A DNA stretch of 60,225 bases, the filler included, from Gonapodya sp. JEL0774 (Eukaryota): the NCBI GenBank assembly GCA_027604505.1. It is 6 parts of 6 records of this genome, joined end to end, with 100 filler letters (N's around TTAATTAATTAA, not from the genome) between each part and the next. Parts side by side here need not be neighbours in the genome. Positions count along the whole stretch, not along the records: positions 1 to 10,005 come from JADIIX010000398.1; positions 10,106 to 20,084 come from JADIIX010000399.1; 4 more parts are not named here. One strand, written 5' to 3'. The position numbers were made by a program, and so were the translations under genes. Below the pieces are notes generated by a model. That model worked only from the letters and a program-made list of their open reading frames with translations, was not told the DNA's origin and made no database searches. Position 1 is the stretch's first letter. Each line of letters begins with the position of its first letter. Shown here in pieces: positions 1 to 13,218 of the stretch.

Positions 1-983
1 ATCGAAAGAATAGTGAAAGTACGCTGCGCGCTCACCCGCGAAGTCTGCCATGAGGTTAATGGGAGCAGCCGGAGGGCCACTCGGGTGGCCCAGAGCAGAA
101 AGAAGCCCCGATGTGGCCACGTAGTTGGCATCGTGGCCAGCCATGTTGGCATACTTCCCTGATGAGATTGAGAGGCGGTGAGAATGAACAATTGACTCAA
201 AGACGACAAAACATCTAACCTTCCTGACCGAATCCGGTCTTTAAACAAGACACTCGTTCAAATTTCAACATTCACTGACTTATTGTGATGTTGAGCACTC
301 ACCATCCGGCCTGGAGAGGTAAACACCGTCCAATCGTGAGCTACTCGTTAACGATTCGAAAACACCCTATCACAATGCTTACCGTAGATGATTCTGGGAT
401 TCCTTTTCATTACCACATCCGGCCCGAGTCCCAATCGTTCCTGCACAAGAGTTTACTTTCGACTCATCAGGGAACGTCTTACGACCTTACGAACCATGAC
501 TCCCGGCCTGTAAGGCTCCATGATGACATCAGCCTTCTCGCAAAGTTTGAGTACAAGCTCAATTCCTTCGGGCTTCTTCAGGTCAACCTCGATGGACTTC
601 TTGCCTCTGCACGGTATCGGAAAGGAGAGTCGAAAGGCACCGTTAAATTGCGAATGCGATGATAAAAAGACCGCAGAGTATGCTCGATACCTTTGCAGAG
701 TGGGTCCCGGCTTATTCCCAACACGCTCAACACGAATGACTTCTGCGCCGACTGCCGATCAACCAAGCGAAACCAGTTGAAAACACGTGAATGGGACGGA
801 TTGCAAAGGCAAGCACGCACAATCGGCAAGAACCATTCCACAAAAGGGGCCCGGCTAGAGAAAGAACGAGCCATTTTGTGTCAGCATTGCATCCGACGAC
901 GGGTGTGGTCGGAACGTTCGGGCCGGTCTCACCCCAATACCGGCGACCTCAATGACCCTGATTCCTTCAAGTGGGGCGGGCAT
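1..983 (-). CDS. CoA-transferase family III / alpha-methylacyl-CoA racemase-like, multi-exon, 3' end runs off the contig
   Basis: ATG at 983 gives MPAPLEGIRVIEVAGIG, then after a GT-AG intron GPFCGMVLAD, the typical CaiB/BaiF-AMACR N-terminus; further exons continue to position 1. Confidence 0.8.
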
Positions 984-1164
984 GATTGCGTTTTTGCTGT
1001 GCTGGAGGGTTCGAATATGGTTCGAGGAAAGATGTGAGGGGTTTCCCACTGAATACAGATATTGCGGGGAGGAGACTGCGGTCACCACTCCACCAGGATG
1101 ATGGGTCTGTGCAAGTACGCCATAGCCTGCAATGACAGTCACCTAAAAGGCACTTTTATGTTGC

Positions 1165-3587
1165 ATGAAATCCACCCATGAAAAATCTAATCGACCGCGC
1201 ATAGACGGGTCGCTTTATGCTGCAAGGCGCGGCCGGTTCGAGCGGGAACCGTCTGCGCGGGCGTGTCTTCGCTCGTGGATCCCACGAAGGGGAATCCTTT
1301 CAAAACTTGCACTAATACCGTTTGCGGTGACATTGATTGCGGTGATATCTCTTAGTCGCGTACAAAATGGAGTGAAACACGCACTGGATGGAAGTCATGA
1401 TGCGGAATGGAAGGAGGATCGCTCGAGCATCTCACTCTCTCCCCTCCTTGGAGCAAAAACAGAGCCTTTGTCACCACACGAAGACAGACTCTCTCTAGCC
1501 AAGAGCGTGGTCCCTGCGGAAATCGGATGTCCCCACCCCTTGCCGCCATACCTCACGTTGACTGATTATATTCTCACGCCCAAAGAGAGGGCACTTCTTG
1601 AGCCCCATGATAGCTGGGATTTTGTAGCGTTGGGTGCACGCATTCGTGCGTTCTTTCGACTTCATTCGCGATTGCGAACTTTGCAGGCACAACCAGCAGG
1701 ACTGCGAGCTGATTCAGTGTCACAAGTGGCAGAAGAATTTCGGAGATTCATGTATCAGTTTGAGCGACAACTATTTCCCTGGCTCGGAAAGGGATTTCCT
1801 TCCATCTCATCGCTTTTCTCTCAGTTTGCCCGGGAACCAAAGTCTCGTGGAATCGTAATTACAGTTGGAAACCGTCAAGTACCAATAGCGATGGTGAACA
1901 TAAGGTCCATCCGAGCATCTGGTTGCTCTCTTCCCATAGAAATTGCTTATGCGGGATCTATTGACATCACACCGTCCTTTCATGCAGTTCTTCAAGCTTT
2001 TGGAGTCGAGTACGACGTGACATTGCGAGATCTCTCGCAAAGCATGGACATCGTGAGCGAATTTTCAAACGGGGCAGCCCATCTTCCCGTGGGTGCGTCC
2101 TGGGCAATGAAACCCTTCGCGGCCCTGCTGTCGGGCTTCACCGAAGTCATGGTTCAGGACTCAGACCTGGTTTGGTTCGGAAACCCAGATGACGTGTTTC
2201 GAGAGCCGACGTATGAGAAGAGTGGAACAGTTTTCTATTATGATCGAGTACGTGATTTTCGTGCTCGTTGTCTTCTGAGTGTACACATCTTGACAATGAG
2301 GCATCACAGCGGACAGTCACGATCCCATCTAACGAGACTGTCATGTTTGCAAGATCTGTACTCCCCAGTGATTTTCGTAGGCAACTTCCGGCACATCTGC
2401 TCACAAACCAAGTCCTTACGGGACTCTCGGCACACTACCAAGAGTCTGGTGTCGTCGTTATCGACAAATCGCGACCCCACAACCTCGCGGGACTCATAGC
2501 AACATGCAAGCTGAACAGTAAAGTGGAAAGATTCGTCGTTTATGAAAGAGTATACGGAGACAAAGAGACCTTTTGGATGGTGCGTTTTTCGCCGCCGAAA
2601 AGACGTTACAATGATCGACTGTTTTCCATTAATATTCCAGGGCTGGGAAATGGCTGGTAGTAGCGGCATGTATGGATTTTCTCGCTGGCCTGCTGCCCAC
2701 ATCGGTATCCTTGTCCGCGGTGACCAAGATTCATCGAAAGCGATCGCCGAGTGAGTCCAAGCTGCACGATGTCTCACTTTCGTGAGACCAGCTGATGATT
2801 GCTATACCTCAAACGTGCTCTGGAAACCAAAAGAGGGCTCTTTGTGACGGACCCAAACCGCGCCGACCACCATCCCCACCTTCGGATCTGCTCGGCACAA
2901 CTTGCTCACCTTGACCCATCCGGAAAACGTCTTTTATGGCTTAATGGAGGACCTCTTCGTAGCAAAAGGGGCTCAGGAATCCCGCGACTCTTTGAACCCA
3001 CGCATTGGGGCATGGAGAGGTACTCAAAATGGGACCTGGGTGGGGACAATCAGGCGTGCCTATGGCTCAAAAGGGGCACAAGTATGACAGTAGATGATGA
3101 TGGGAAATGGTGGATGGGGACAGTGAACACAACAAGTGCTCAGCGCGGATCCTTGGGTGCGACTGATCTATTTGACACGTCCGGTGATCCGAGCAAACCA
3201 CACCACGGGCGAATTATCGAATATGCACACAAAAGGACACAACTTCCTCCTTATTTCTCCGGCGACTTTGGGTATGCCGTCCCACGGGTTCTCAACAAAT
3301 TGGAGCGACAGACGATGCGAATGATGACAGAGTGGTGGGCCGACGCGAGAGAACGGACCAAGGATGTTGACCCAGTCCGGGAATTCCTCAACTCAATCAA
3401 CACTGACAGTGCCGGTGTGCCGGAGAACCCTCAGATCGATTTGCAAATCCAACCGGATCCCATCAAGGCCAGAGCAGAGGCTGAGGCTGCCGCCTACAGG
3501 AAAATGGAGGCTGCGAGAGCCGTGAAAGCTGCGTTGGGTGGATTGCTAGCTGTCGACCGAACTGGAATCGAAAGGGTCCCTCTCTGA
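1165..3587 (+). CDS. Type II membrane alpha-1,3-mannosyltransferase-like (GT71, MNN1/MNT family), multi-exon
   Basis: N-terminal TM segment (LALIPFAVTLIAVISL); RGIVITVG, LPIEIAYAG, WAMKPFAALLSGFTEVMVQDSD (DxD), TVFYYDR, QESGVVVIDK, YGDKETFW across ORFs 1165-2499, 2268-2660, 2799-3587. Confidence 0.85.
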
Positions 3588-3739
3588 CACCAGACAGTAT
3601 CATCAGTTGTGGACGTTCCCAACCAAGCACGAGACTTGCGGAAAAGGAAAACGGTAATTGTATTATGACTATGTATACAGCAGCAAAAAATTATGTGACA
3701 TGGTATGCAAGCAAAACGGAAACTTCCACCAACAAACTC

Positions 3740-6083
3740 TCATCCGCTCCAACCTCCCCTCAACCCCGTCCACCGCCACCCTTCATGACTTTCCCCTTCC
3801 ACCATCACATTCTCTTCCCGGACGTTTGAATTGCTCGTTACTAATTTCGCCACGGATGCCCAGAACTCGATCCTATCTCGCTCAGTTGGGCCAGCATACA
3901 CCTGCCCAGATCTCAGTCCGAGCGGAAAGGCTCGCATCGACCTCGATCCATTCGGGCCGACCTCAACAAGCTCGTCCGGGTCCACATGCACAGCCACGAC
4001 CTCGTCCCTCAACTGATCCCGGCTGACTGCCTCGCCGGCTCTCCTCAGAAAAGCGAGCACTCTCTGTGCTGTATCTCCAGCTACTCTTGCGAAACGCGCT
4101 CGCCGAGCGCGCTCACGGAAAGCATATGTTCCCCCAGCTATGACGGAAGTAACGAGCAGGAACGCTGGAGCGAGATACAGCCCGACAGCCCGACGGATAG
4201 TGCAGGTCCACGAGCGAATAGGAGGTAGGTCAGTTGTGAAAAAGTGATCGGAGTGGCTGGTGTGGAGTGTAATGTTTGCGAATGGGTTCGCCTCAAGTCC
4301 CGAAGTGCTTTTTTCCTTGTTCCCAGTTCCAAGGCCCAAACCGTCATCCGAGTGTTCCCGCTCCCCCGACACAACTCGATCAACAACTTGATTCCACAAA
4401 TCATTGAACTCGGGGTCTTTGGGTGCCCTTCTTCCCCCCGTAACCACCCTTTCCCTCAGCTCTGTCCTCGCGGCCCTCAAAGATACACCTTTGCTCTTTT
4501 CCTTGCGCACGGATATTTTTCTTCCTACAGAATCCCATCGATCCACCTCCACCTCCACAACGGCGTCAACAGGGATCTCCCCGCACTCCCAACGACCAAC
4601 TGTCTCCCGCACGACTTCGATCAGCTTCCTGGCCATCCCGCGAACTGCGACTTCCCGCTCAGCAGCCTCGAGTTGCGCACGAATGTCAAACACGCAACTG
4701 GGCTGGTTAAGGGGGAACGGTAAGTACTTTGCGATTGGCCCGGGAATCAGGGACCATGCCGTGTGGTAGCCCTTGTCGCATCCAACGATCTTTCCTCCGG
4801 CGCACAGAGCATGGTCCGGGCACTTGAGCTGCCACGGCAGTACGTGAGATAAAGGGTTCCATCCAGCTGATTGCCAAAAACTACCGGGCACTTCTACTGG
4901 TGCAGGTGAAAGAGGGAGGTTGGGTTGGGTCGAAGCATATCCTCGCAAAATGACGATGGAGTAATGAGGGATGAAGGCTATGGCCGCAGACACAAGGAAG
5001 AAACCAATCGTAAAGTAAAGAATGTCGTTTAGAGGGAAAGGGGTGTTTTGGATGGAGGATGTAGCGGGCACACGATTGACCTCTAGAGGTTCCGATACTT
5101 TGGAAGGCGGAATCGCTTGAGCCCTAGAAGCTGGTTGAGTCACAGCTGCCACTGTTTTGGTTTTGCGAGTCCATGGCAAAGGTCCTCCCACTGGTACCAC
5201 GACGGGGACAACAGGAATCGTGGACTGGAGCGGCACAGCGAGTGGTTCGTCATAATTGGCAAGGGTGGGTGCACCTCCTGAGATAGCACCACCGGTAGTC
5301 TCACGACGCTTGACCGATTTAGAGCGAGCGCGAGCGGGGGTGCGTGGTCTGGGCTGGCGGGGAGGCGCGATGGGCACACTGGGATCTTGTTCGACAGGAG
5401 GGGCGGGAACAGCGGACCGGTTGTTTCGTCTGCCACGCTCGGGAGACTTTTCAGGGGCGGATGATGTAGGAACGGCAGATGAGGTTGCGATTGTCCGGCG
5501 GCGATGGATTCCAGATGACGAATTGTCATCTGTAGGGCGTTCGGGAGATTGGAATGGGTTTTCGGAGCTACAGGTAGGGCCAAAAGAGAAATTTATTAGT
5601 AGCGTAGAAATAGAATAGATGATAGAAGTCAGGAATCGCCGCAAGCTGTCATTGATTCTCTCTCACTGAAGCGACCGGCACTCACCTAAAATTACTCGTC
5701 TCCCTCCGCCTGACCTGTGCCCTTTGTCCACCATCAGCACTGCCCTCCTGCAATGCTGTGCCGCGCACGACAGGTTTTTCTTGGGCGGGCCTGGATGCGT
5801 CTGTGAAGTTCGGCGGCATAACCTTTGCGACAGGCGTCACCGCCGCCCTCCGGAGTTGAGTCCTCTTTGGCGTGATATGCTCATTGAATAGCTGCACATA
5901 TACATCTTTTTTCTGCGCTGTTGATGGTATCGTAACTTGGTTCTTCGTCAGTATGGATTTCAGGGATTGAACGGTTGCTGTAGATGGGTCGAAATCATCC
6001 GCGAGATACGCTTCCAGATCGTCTGTGTCAACCGAGACTGATTTCGGTCTCGACATTGATCGTCGGTCGCGTTTGGATGCCAT
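3740..6083 (-). CDS. Inner nuclear membrane LEM/HeH-MSC protein (Src1/Heh1/Man1-like)
   Basis: N-terminal HeH-like helices (YLADDFDPSTATVQSLKSILTKNQVTIPSTAQKKDVYVQLFNEHI), TM segment, luminal CPDHALC..CDKGY, second TM, C-terminal FWASVAKLVTSNSNVRE..WRW; intron near 5640-5690. Confidence 0.85.
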
Positions 6084-6249
6084 CGCTCAAGGAGTGAAAC
6101 GAATATCGCGATAGACGGGGAAGTTATGCTTTGACATTTTCGATATGCACAATCTAGTGCCAAGGGTCTTGTGTGCACAGGTCTTCTTTCAGCACATCAG
6201 CGCCCATCTTGCATACAAATATCATAAAGCTCCAAATGTACATGATGAT

Positions 6250-7565
6250 TCAAAATTTTGACGTGGGAAGCGGTGCTAGTGGATGCCAGTCGGGTTTCCT
6301 GAAAGAGTCAGTGGCGTCCATATATTAACATTCCGGAACACTTCGAGGTCCACTCGAAATGCGCATCTTACCTCTTTTGCGCAAACGCTTTTGGTCCTTC
6401 TTTAGCGTTCTCACCTCTCATCATGGCGATGGACTGTTCCGCAAGATAAGGAATCATTGGAATGTGTCTCCCAGAACTTCGACGCAAGACCAACCTCAGG
6501 AAGTTTCTCGGCCTCGATGTTCGCCCTCACCCATCCGACTTCTCGGCCATTCCGTGCCTGCGCCTTGGACGCTCGAACGCCGTCAGGTGAATTGCCCACA
6601 ATAGTCTCAGCGAAGCTTATCGCTGACGAGAGCAGTTTCTGTTGAAGAATTCGCACAATAAGTTGACAGAAAAGTCGGGCGCGGTGAATATGCGCAGTCA
6701 CCACTCACATCATGGGGCACCACCTCCTGCACTAGCCCGTACCATTTCGCCTCTTGTGCACTGATATGTTTCGCCGTCATAATCAGATACATCGCGTTGT
6801 GGTACCCAATCAGACGGTGGAGGTTGGCAGCGCCGCCTTTCAAGTTGAATGTGATATGACTGAAATGCTAAAACGAGTGTACACCTGACTTGGGAAACCT
6901 ACCAGCACCAGGGCTCAGCCCCACCCTCGTTTCCGGAAGAGCAAACTTTGCGTTTTCGGATGCTATTATCACATCGCAGGCAATTGCAAGTTCCATTCTT
7001 CCCGACAAACTGCGTTGAGCTCATTGCCACAAAAGCATGACTCCCCAACTATCCTCACTCACCCGCCCCCCATTGCCACCCCATTCACGGCAGCAATAAT
7101 GGGCTTGTTTAAACCTCTCCTATTCGCCAGCCCTCCGAACCCCACCTCGACCAATCCCTTCTTCCTTCGCTGCTGCTCGTCCCTGCCAATCTTGGACAAC
7201 TCCACGAGATCATTCCCGGCAGAAAAAGCGCGTCCAGTTCCAGTGAGAACGCAGCACCAGCTTGTCGCGGAAAGTGATTGAATGAACGGTTGGATGGGCA
7301 GCGGCCACGATTCGGATTATCGGAACAACATTAGCCGATCGGTGAGAGAAGCATCGATCAGAGACCATGTCCGTACAAAACTCTCACTTACATGCACTCA
7401 CATGTCGTTTTCCCGCTCGTACCATGCCATCGCCTCCACCATGTCGTTATGAAGGCCGGAATCAAATGCATTAAGTGCGGAGGGGCGATTCATTGTGACG
7501 AGGAGGATGTGCGGTGACGGAATGGTAAGAATGAGATTCGAGAGATTGGGAAGCTGGGAGGGCAT
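6250..7565 (-). CDS. Enoyl-CoA hydratase/isomerase (crotonase family), multi-exon, predicted C-terminal SKF
   Basis: LLVTMNRPSALNAFD, LTGTGRAFSAGNDL, KPIIAAVNGVAMGGG, AKFALPETRVGL, HISAQEAKWYGLVQEVVP, NAKEGPKAFAQK; last exon reads ...LPTSKF-stop at 6250-6252. Confidence 0.85.
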
Positions 7566-7788
7566 GGTGGAGGCGCGTTTGTTGGAATGATAAAAGTTAT
7601 GTTGGGTTGAATTGTCACAGAGGCTTTGTACTGGTCCACAGTTTGAGCAGCCTGCCCTGCAAATCTCGCGTGGTCAAACAGTTAGATGTATGAAGCACAA
7701 GTAAGTTGAATTGGGGATAAGGCTATCGTCTGATTGCTCCGGACTCTTTCTGCGAGTGCATTCATAACGAAACAAATCAAGACACAAA

Positions 7789-9053
7789 CTACGCTGCTTT
7801 AGGCTGTCCCTCCTTCTTCTCCTCTGCAGGTTTCGGCGGTTCAGGGGCAGCTTCAATCTGAGAATAGAAGACGTGACAGATGGTCCCAGTAAAGTCAACA
7901 CAAGCTCATACCTCCGAGATAATCTTCTTTTGAGGCACACCCGGTCCCACCATCTCCCACGCAGAGCTGTAATCAAAGTTTCTAAACTGTTGGCTTAACT
8001 CCAATGGCTCTGCGACCACCCTCTTCTTCTCCTCGTCGTATCGGACCTCCACGTAACCGGTGAGCGGGAAATCTTTGCGCAAGGGGTGTCCCTCGAATCC
8101 GTAGTCAGTCAAGATACGTCGCAAGTCCGGGTGACCGGAAAAGAAGATGCCGTACATATCGTAGGCTTCTCGTTCATACCAGTTTGCACCAACCCAGATG
8201 GGAGTGACGGAAGGAACCGCGCTCACTTCGTCGGCGTAAGTTTTCACTCGGATACGAGAGTTATATCGAATGGATTGGAGGTGATCTGGAGAAGCAGAAT
8301 AGTGGGTCATACCCTCCCAATTCACTCCAACTTGTCGCTGAGTACTCACATACGACCTCGAATCGGTTAGGGCGGGTAGGAAAATCGACGCCACATACGT
8401 CCATGCATTGTTTGTATTGCGATTGGGTGTGGTCTCGGAGGAAGGTCATCACGGGTACGACCGCGGAGGGGGCGATGTAGAGTGTCAACTCATCCTTGAC
8501 TGTGACGGCGAGTTCATGGCACGAACAAAAGTGGTGATAATAGAGGGCACAACGACAATACGCATTTGAGAGTTTTGCTTAGAGTTGTCCAAGTACCCCA
8601 AGATACTGAACCCACAGACAGTTACCCGCTGGATGTACTTGGGAAGGACTCCCAGGAGGTACTTGGAAAACTCATGGAGCTGAGTTGACTTCGCGGCATC
8701 CAGAGCTTAGCAGAGAAGAATTTTCACAGTGATAGGTCCAGATTAAGGCAAGGGAATCCCCATATTCCGTGCGGTGATTGGCACGTTTCGGGTACCGTCA
8801 ACAACGCGCATGGCATCAAGAGGCTTCCAAGAAACTGCAATCGCAACAAGATATCGGAGACCTACCACGCGTAGCCGGTGAGGTGTGAAACTGCCGCCGG
8901 AAACCAGCTTGAACGACCGGGTTCGCAACTGACGGGGATGATGGGGTGAACACGCAATGCTCGAGTGAGTAAACGAGGTTCTTCGGCACGATTTCCATGG
9001 AGGGCGAAGAGATGCTTACGTCGCGACGCAGCGAGGAATCCGGAAAAGCTCAT
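7789..9053 (-). CDS. NDUFS3: NADH:ubiquinone oxidoreductase 30 kDa subunit (complex I, NuoC/Nad9 homologue), nuclear-encoded, multi-exon
   Basis: [94 protein letters not shown]; basic, Ser/Arg-rich presequence-like N-terminus; probable last exon ending TAG at 7789-7791. Confidence 0.93.
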
Positions 9054-9172
9054 AACGAGGAGGACGATTCCTTCCCGTAGGCCAAGTCAAGTGCGACTGT
9101 GGTGGTGTGCTCTTTTCACTGCAGGTTCACTGGAGAATTGGAGTTTTATGAGGAAGGACATTTGGTTACAAA

Positions 9173-10005
9173 TCATCTGACACTACTCTGCTTCACAGTT
9201 ATCTCAAATATCTTTGGCCCCACTTCCTTCACGCAAAACTTCCCAGATCGCTCCGCCAGTGCAAAGAAATTGTCTCCGTCGTCTGAGAGTATTCTCCGCT
9301 TCCATGACATCAATAGCACGGACGGTCGCTCAACTGGTGGTTTGGAGATTTTGATAGCCGTTGGTGAAGAATCTGTTGATGTTTCAGTAGGAGTGGGTAG
9401 TGGATTGGTTGGGCACATCATACGCTCCAGTGTTACAAGGAGAGCAGGATAATGCTTCGTGTAAAGAAGGATATCGGAGGCAATTATTGCTTGGAATGGA
9501 CCTGACAACATCATTCGTATTTCGATACGGCCATAAGTACTACATAGTTGGTGGACAGCACCAATTTTTGAGCTCACCGTTTTCGTTCAGAAATGCATCC
9601 ACATTGGCAAGATCTTCACCCCAAGTATGCTGATAAATTGTTTGGTCAATGAACTGATTGCATGCTAGAATCAAGTAGCACATACCTGTAAATGCTTGGG
9701 TCGAGGAGTGTCATTGAGTTTGAAGTTGGTGGCAATATTCTCTTCAACTTCCACGTCATTATAATCTGACGTGAAGATGTCGTATCCTATAAACGGCGAG
9801 AAAGTGTTTACATCGCATCAGTGCTGACGGACTTGTAAGACACAAACCTTGGGCTCGAAGATATATAGCCAAAGCACCCGTTGCACTCCCCAACTCTAGA
9901 ATGCGTTTGCTTTTCAGCTCATACTTTCCACTTTGTGAATCGTCTCGAATCCTATTGATCAATAGGCCGTGACACTGAGGCTTTCAACAGACTAGAGGGC
10001 CCGCT
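9173..10005 (-). CDS. SAM-dependent protein methyltransferase, Methyltransf_16/METTL21-like family, 5' partial
   Basis: Motif I RILELGSATGALAIYL, TSDY post-I, HTWG, IIASDILLY motif; several GT-AG introns. Confidence 0.8.
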
Positions 10006-10105
10006 NNNNNNNNNNNNNNNNNNNNNNNNNNNNNNNNNNNNNNNNNNNNTTAATTAATTAANNNNNNNNNNNNNNNNNNNNNNNNNNNNNNNNNNNNNNN
10101 NNNNN
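10006..10105. other. Artificial contig spacer (N44-TTAATTAATTAA-N44)
   Basis: Identical 100-bp linker with all-frame stops; recurs five times. Confidence 0.98.
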
Positions 10106-10694
10106 GCAGGGGGAAATCATGCCCATATCCTGTTGTCCGGGGACTGTGGCGGGGTGTTGTCATTGCACAAATCTGTCAATAAGCTGGGTCTGAACGTCTG
10201 GACGTTTCATGCCACCATTCTTTCTGTTACAGTGCTCTCACAACTAACTTCTATCGTGGTACGCAATGAAGGTTTCACCTCCATTTCAATATGTACTTGA
10301 GAATCTCGTGTCTGTGCGAAGGCAAACCGATGGACGGCTCACAAAGCATATCAAGCGCATTATTGAGCTAAACTTCATGGAAAAAGTACCATGATCTTTT
10401 CGTTGATTGGTCGAAATAACGCTGCAACCTCTTCAATGCAAAGAGCAACAAAGCAAAATATATTTAATTTCTATTGTTTGCCGTGAGAATGAGCGATTCT
10501 TGTTTGTATCTTCCAATCGCATCCAAGGATCAATTAACGGTGAAAGTTCTCGTACTTCGTGGCTTTCAAATGTACACTTTTAATTTGTTCGAAGCGAAAA
10601 CTCTCCATAGCAAACACTCTCTTTTCAAATTGGCCTTCAAATCCGTCACCAAAATCAAAGGACTGTTGATCAATCAACCGCCTGACACATTACT

Positions 10695-11910
10695 TTACAA
10701 AACCGGAGTGAAGTGCCTGATCTGGTTATCGACAGCCATTTCAGCAAAGTGCGTTCTCGCCCAACTACCAGGCATACCGTCAAATGTGACGCTGGACGCT
10801 TTGCGGGGTATGTCGAGCCTGGGTGGCGGATGGGCCAGACGGTAAGGACGGTTGGAGACGTAGCAAGAGTGCGAGTGATGGGGGTTGCGCGGTCGATTCG
10901 GCGAAAGGAGGGTTCGAGGGGGGCCGTCTGGGGTAAACGACGGATGAACTGGCTGGGGTCGATGCGGTGGTGGAGAAGAGACTTGATGGTGATCTGGAGG
11001 CAAGTCCGAGTTTTGCGCGCAGTGGTGGTCCAATGACCGGGGTTCTACGGATTTTGTCTGAGTGGTCACACATTGAGCAGTATAAGAATTGTGTTTCGCT
11101 TGCTGATTGAACAAGTTGATCGGACAGATTCCACGTACCGGATGAGCAAAAGCGTTTCCATCATCTCTCTGTACAGGGACTGGCGTATCCAGATCAGGTA
11201 CCGGGGAAGCGCAAAGCCGACTGCTCAAAGATTGATTGTTGTGGCTATGAAAGGTTGGTTAAGCAACAATGATTGCGTGAGAATGACTGTCAGATCAAAA
11301 CATAGGGTCCAGGACGCTCACCTTGCCTCCACTTCCTCCTTCATCTTGAGCATTTCTACAACGTCATCGACAGTCAATTGATCGGTTTTGATGGGTGTCC
11401 GGTCGTAATCCTTTGAGCTGTGTCGAGTTGCATGACGTGGGTAGCACAGCCATTGGAGCACACTCCACCTCGCTCTCCCATTCCTAAAACTCACCCATAG
11501 GTGGCCACAACGAGCACATGCTCATGAAAATGCACACTGCTGCTTCTTTTGGACCTTTTGCCACGGATCTGAGCAACATGAGGCGGGGAGAGAGACCGAG
11601 ACACTCGCGGGCGCAGAGCCGGCCTCAATGCTCGGCTTGCGACAGTCGAGGCACAAGGAGGCGTCAGAGGTGAGTCCGAGGACGGTACTTGCTTGAGAGC
11701 TGACGATGGCGAGCTCTCGCCACGGAAATTCTGCTGAGTCGTCTCCGGATAAGTCATGAAGGCTCGCGCTTGGGGGGATCCAAGCCGCATCATGGTCGTA
11801 CTAAATTCTTCTCGGTCGTGCGAGGAAGATTGATGAAGAGGTGTCTCTGGGCCCATATTCGAGAGGAAAGTGGGACGTCGTTCGGGGGAGGGATCCCAGT
11901 AGGGATCCAA
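10695..11910 (-). CDS. Disordered protein with a Bni4/neurabin-like PP1-docking motif; boundaries approximate
   Basis: Spliced reading RSSSVHFHEHVLVVATY-G-SKDYDRTPIK..LTVDDVVEMLKMKEEV across a phase-2 GTGAGT..CACAG intron near 11418-11494. Confidence 0.55.
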
Positions 11911-13218
11911 ATTGTGAGCTCAACAACACGTCAGCGTTCGGCGTAGGCGGACTAAAGTGAACGCCATGAAGCCACGCATTTACAAGTTTTTTGCTCGCAA
12001 TTTTTGATCAAGAGTCTCGAAATAATAGCAGGGGTAAAACTATTACCCAACGGTTCAAATCTGGGGGCTGAAAGCGGGTTCCTCTTCGGATACGCAAGCC
12101 AAACGTCGGATACCTACCGCATGCGAATTCCCCCATGGCTCTGGTATGTCTCAGTGAAATCAGCATATCCAGCTGCCGACAGCTGTTGTGGACATGAATA
12201 CGGCTGAGAGTCCATTTCGTCATGGGTTCTTGCCATTGGCGGATGGTACCAAGTACATACCGAATTGCACTACAATTTTACTATTCATGATCAACGGTGG
12301 CAGCCGCATTTATGTGAGTCGCTGGTTCGGAAGTTTGGAGTACTGACTCGTCGTTCATCCGCTCACAGCTGGCACCTTACATTGGCCGAATTACGAGATC
12401 ATCTTTCTCGCGCTTTCCTCACCAAAGCTATTTCAAGGAAGATTATCATCTCAAAGTTACATAATGCTGTATTTATGCAGGAGAAAGGCTGTTTGATGGT
12501 GTCGGATACGACGAATATCGTGACATATGTCCTGTGCACCGCCTTCGCTACCTTCATCTCGTGGTTCCCGTGGTGCGGCTATCCAGGGCGATATTAAATG
12601 CGTAACTCGAGCGTTGGGAATGCGATGGAAGGAGGCGCAACTCTCCACCTGAGACACATGGACGGACGGAGGCAAGCTATAAATCGGTTCGTGAGTTCGT
12701 GTCAGCAATAGTGGAATGAGGGGAGATGAAGAAAGACGAAGAGGACGTGCTTCGCATTCCGCCTCGTCGAATCTATCTCGTTTTGTCCTCTGGTTCAACC
12801 GTTCGTTAGTCTGGCGTCACGCTCGGTGGAGTTAGGCTGGTGTTCGAAACTCCGATAATTCAGCGCCTAATTTTGGAAAGTAGCTTGTACCATGCACAAA
12901 TCAAAGTTCTCTTCCTATTCTTACGGCTCAAATCAAGTGCATAGCCCTGGTCTGCTCGTTCTTTTGTCGAGCACAACCCTAACTGCTGCCCTCCTTCCCT
13001 TGGTACATCTCTGCTCAAGGTGAGACTCTGGCAGCTGGACGATCGAGTTCCTGTGGGAGTGGGTGCAGCTAAGAAGTGTCTGGTTTACATACTCGCCATC
13101 ATGGGGTGCTATGATGCAGGCCGGAGGCCACATGTTAAAATTCATTTCTCACCCCCACAACACAAATCGCCAAACCCTTGTGGGAGAAGAGAGCGGCGCA
13201 AAAGCCCTTCACAGATTG

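Noticed and set aside
7906..8394. Mitochondrial nad9 insertion (NUMT) or bacterial nuoC transfer
   Set aside because: Has spliceosomal introns and a presequence-like N-terminus; ordinary nuclear NDUFS3
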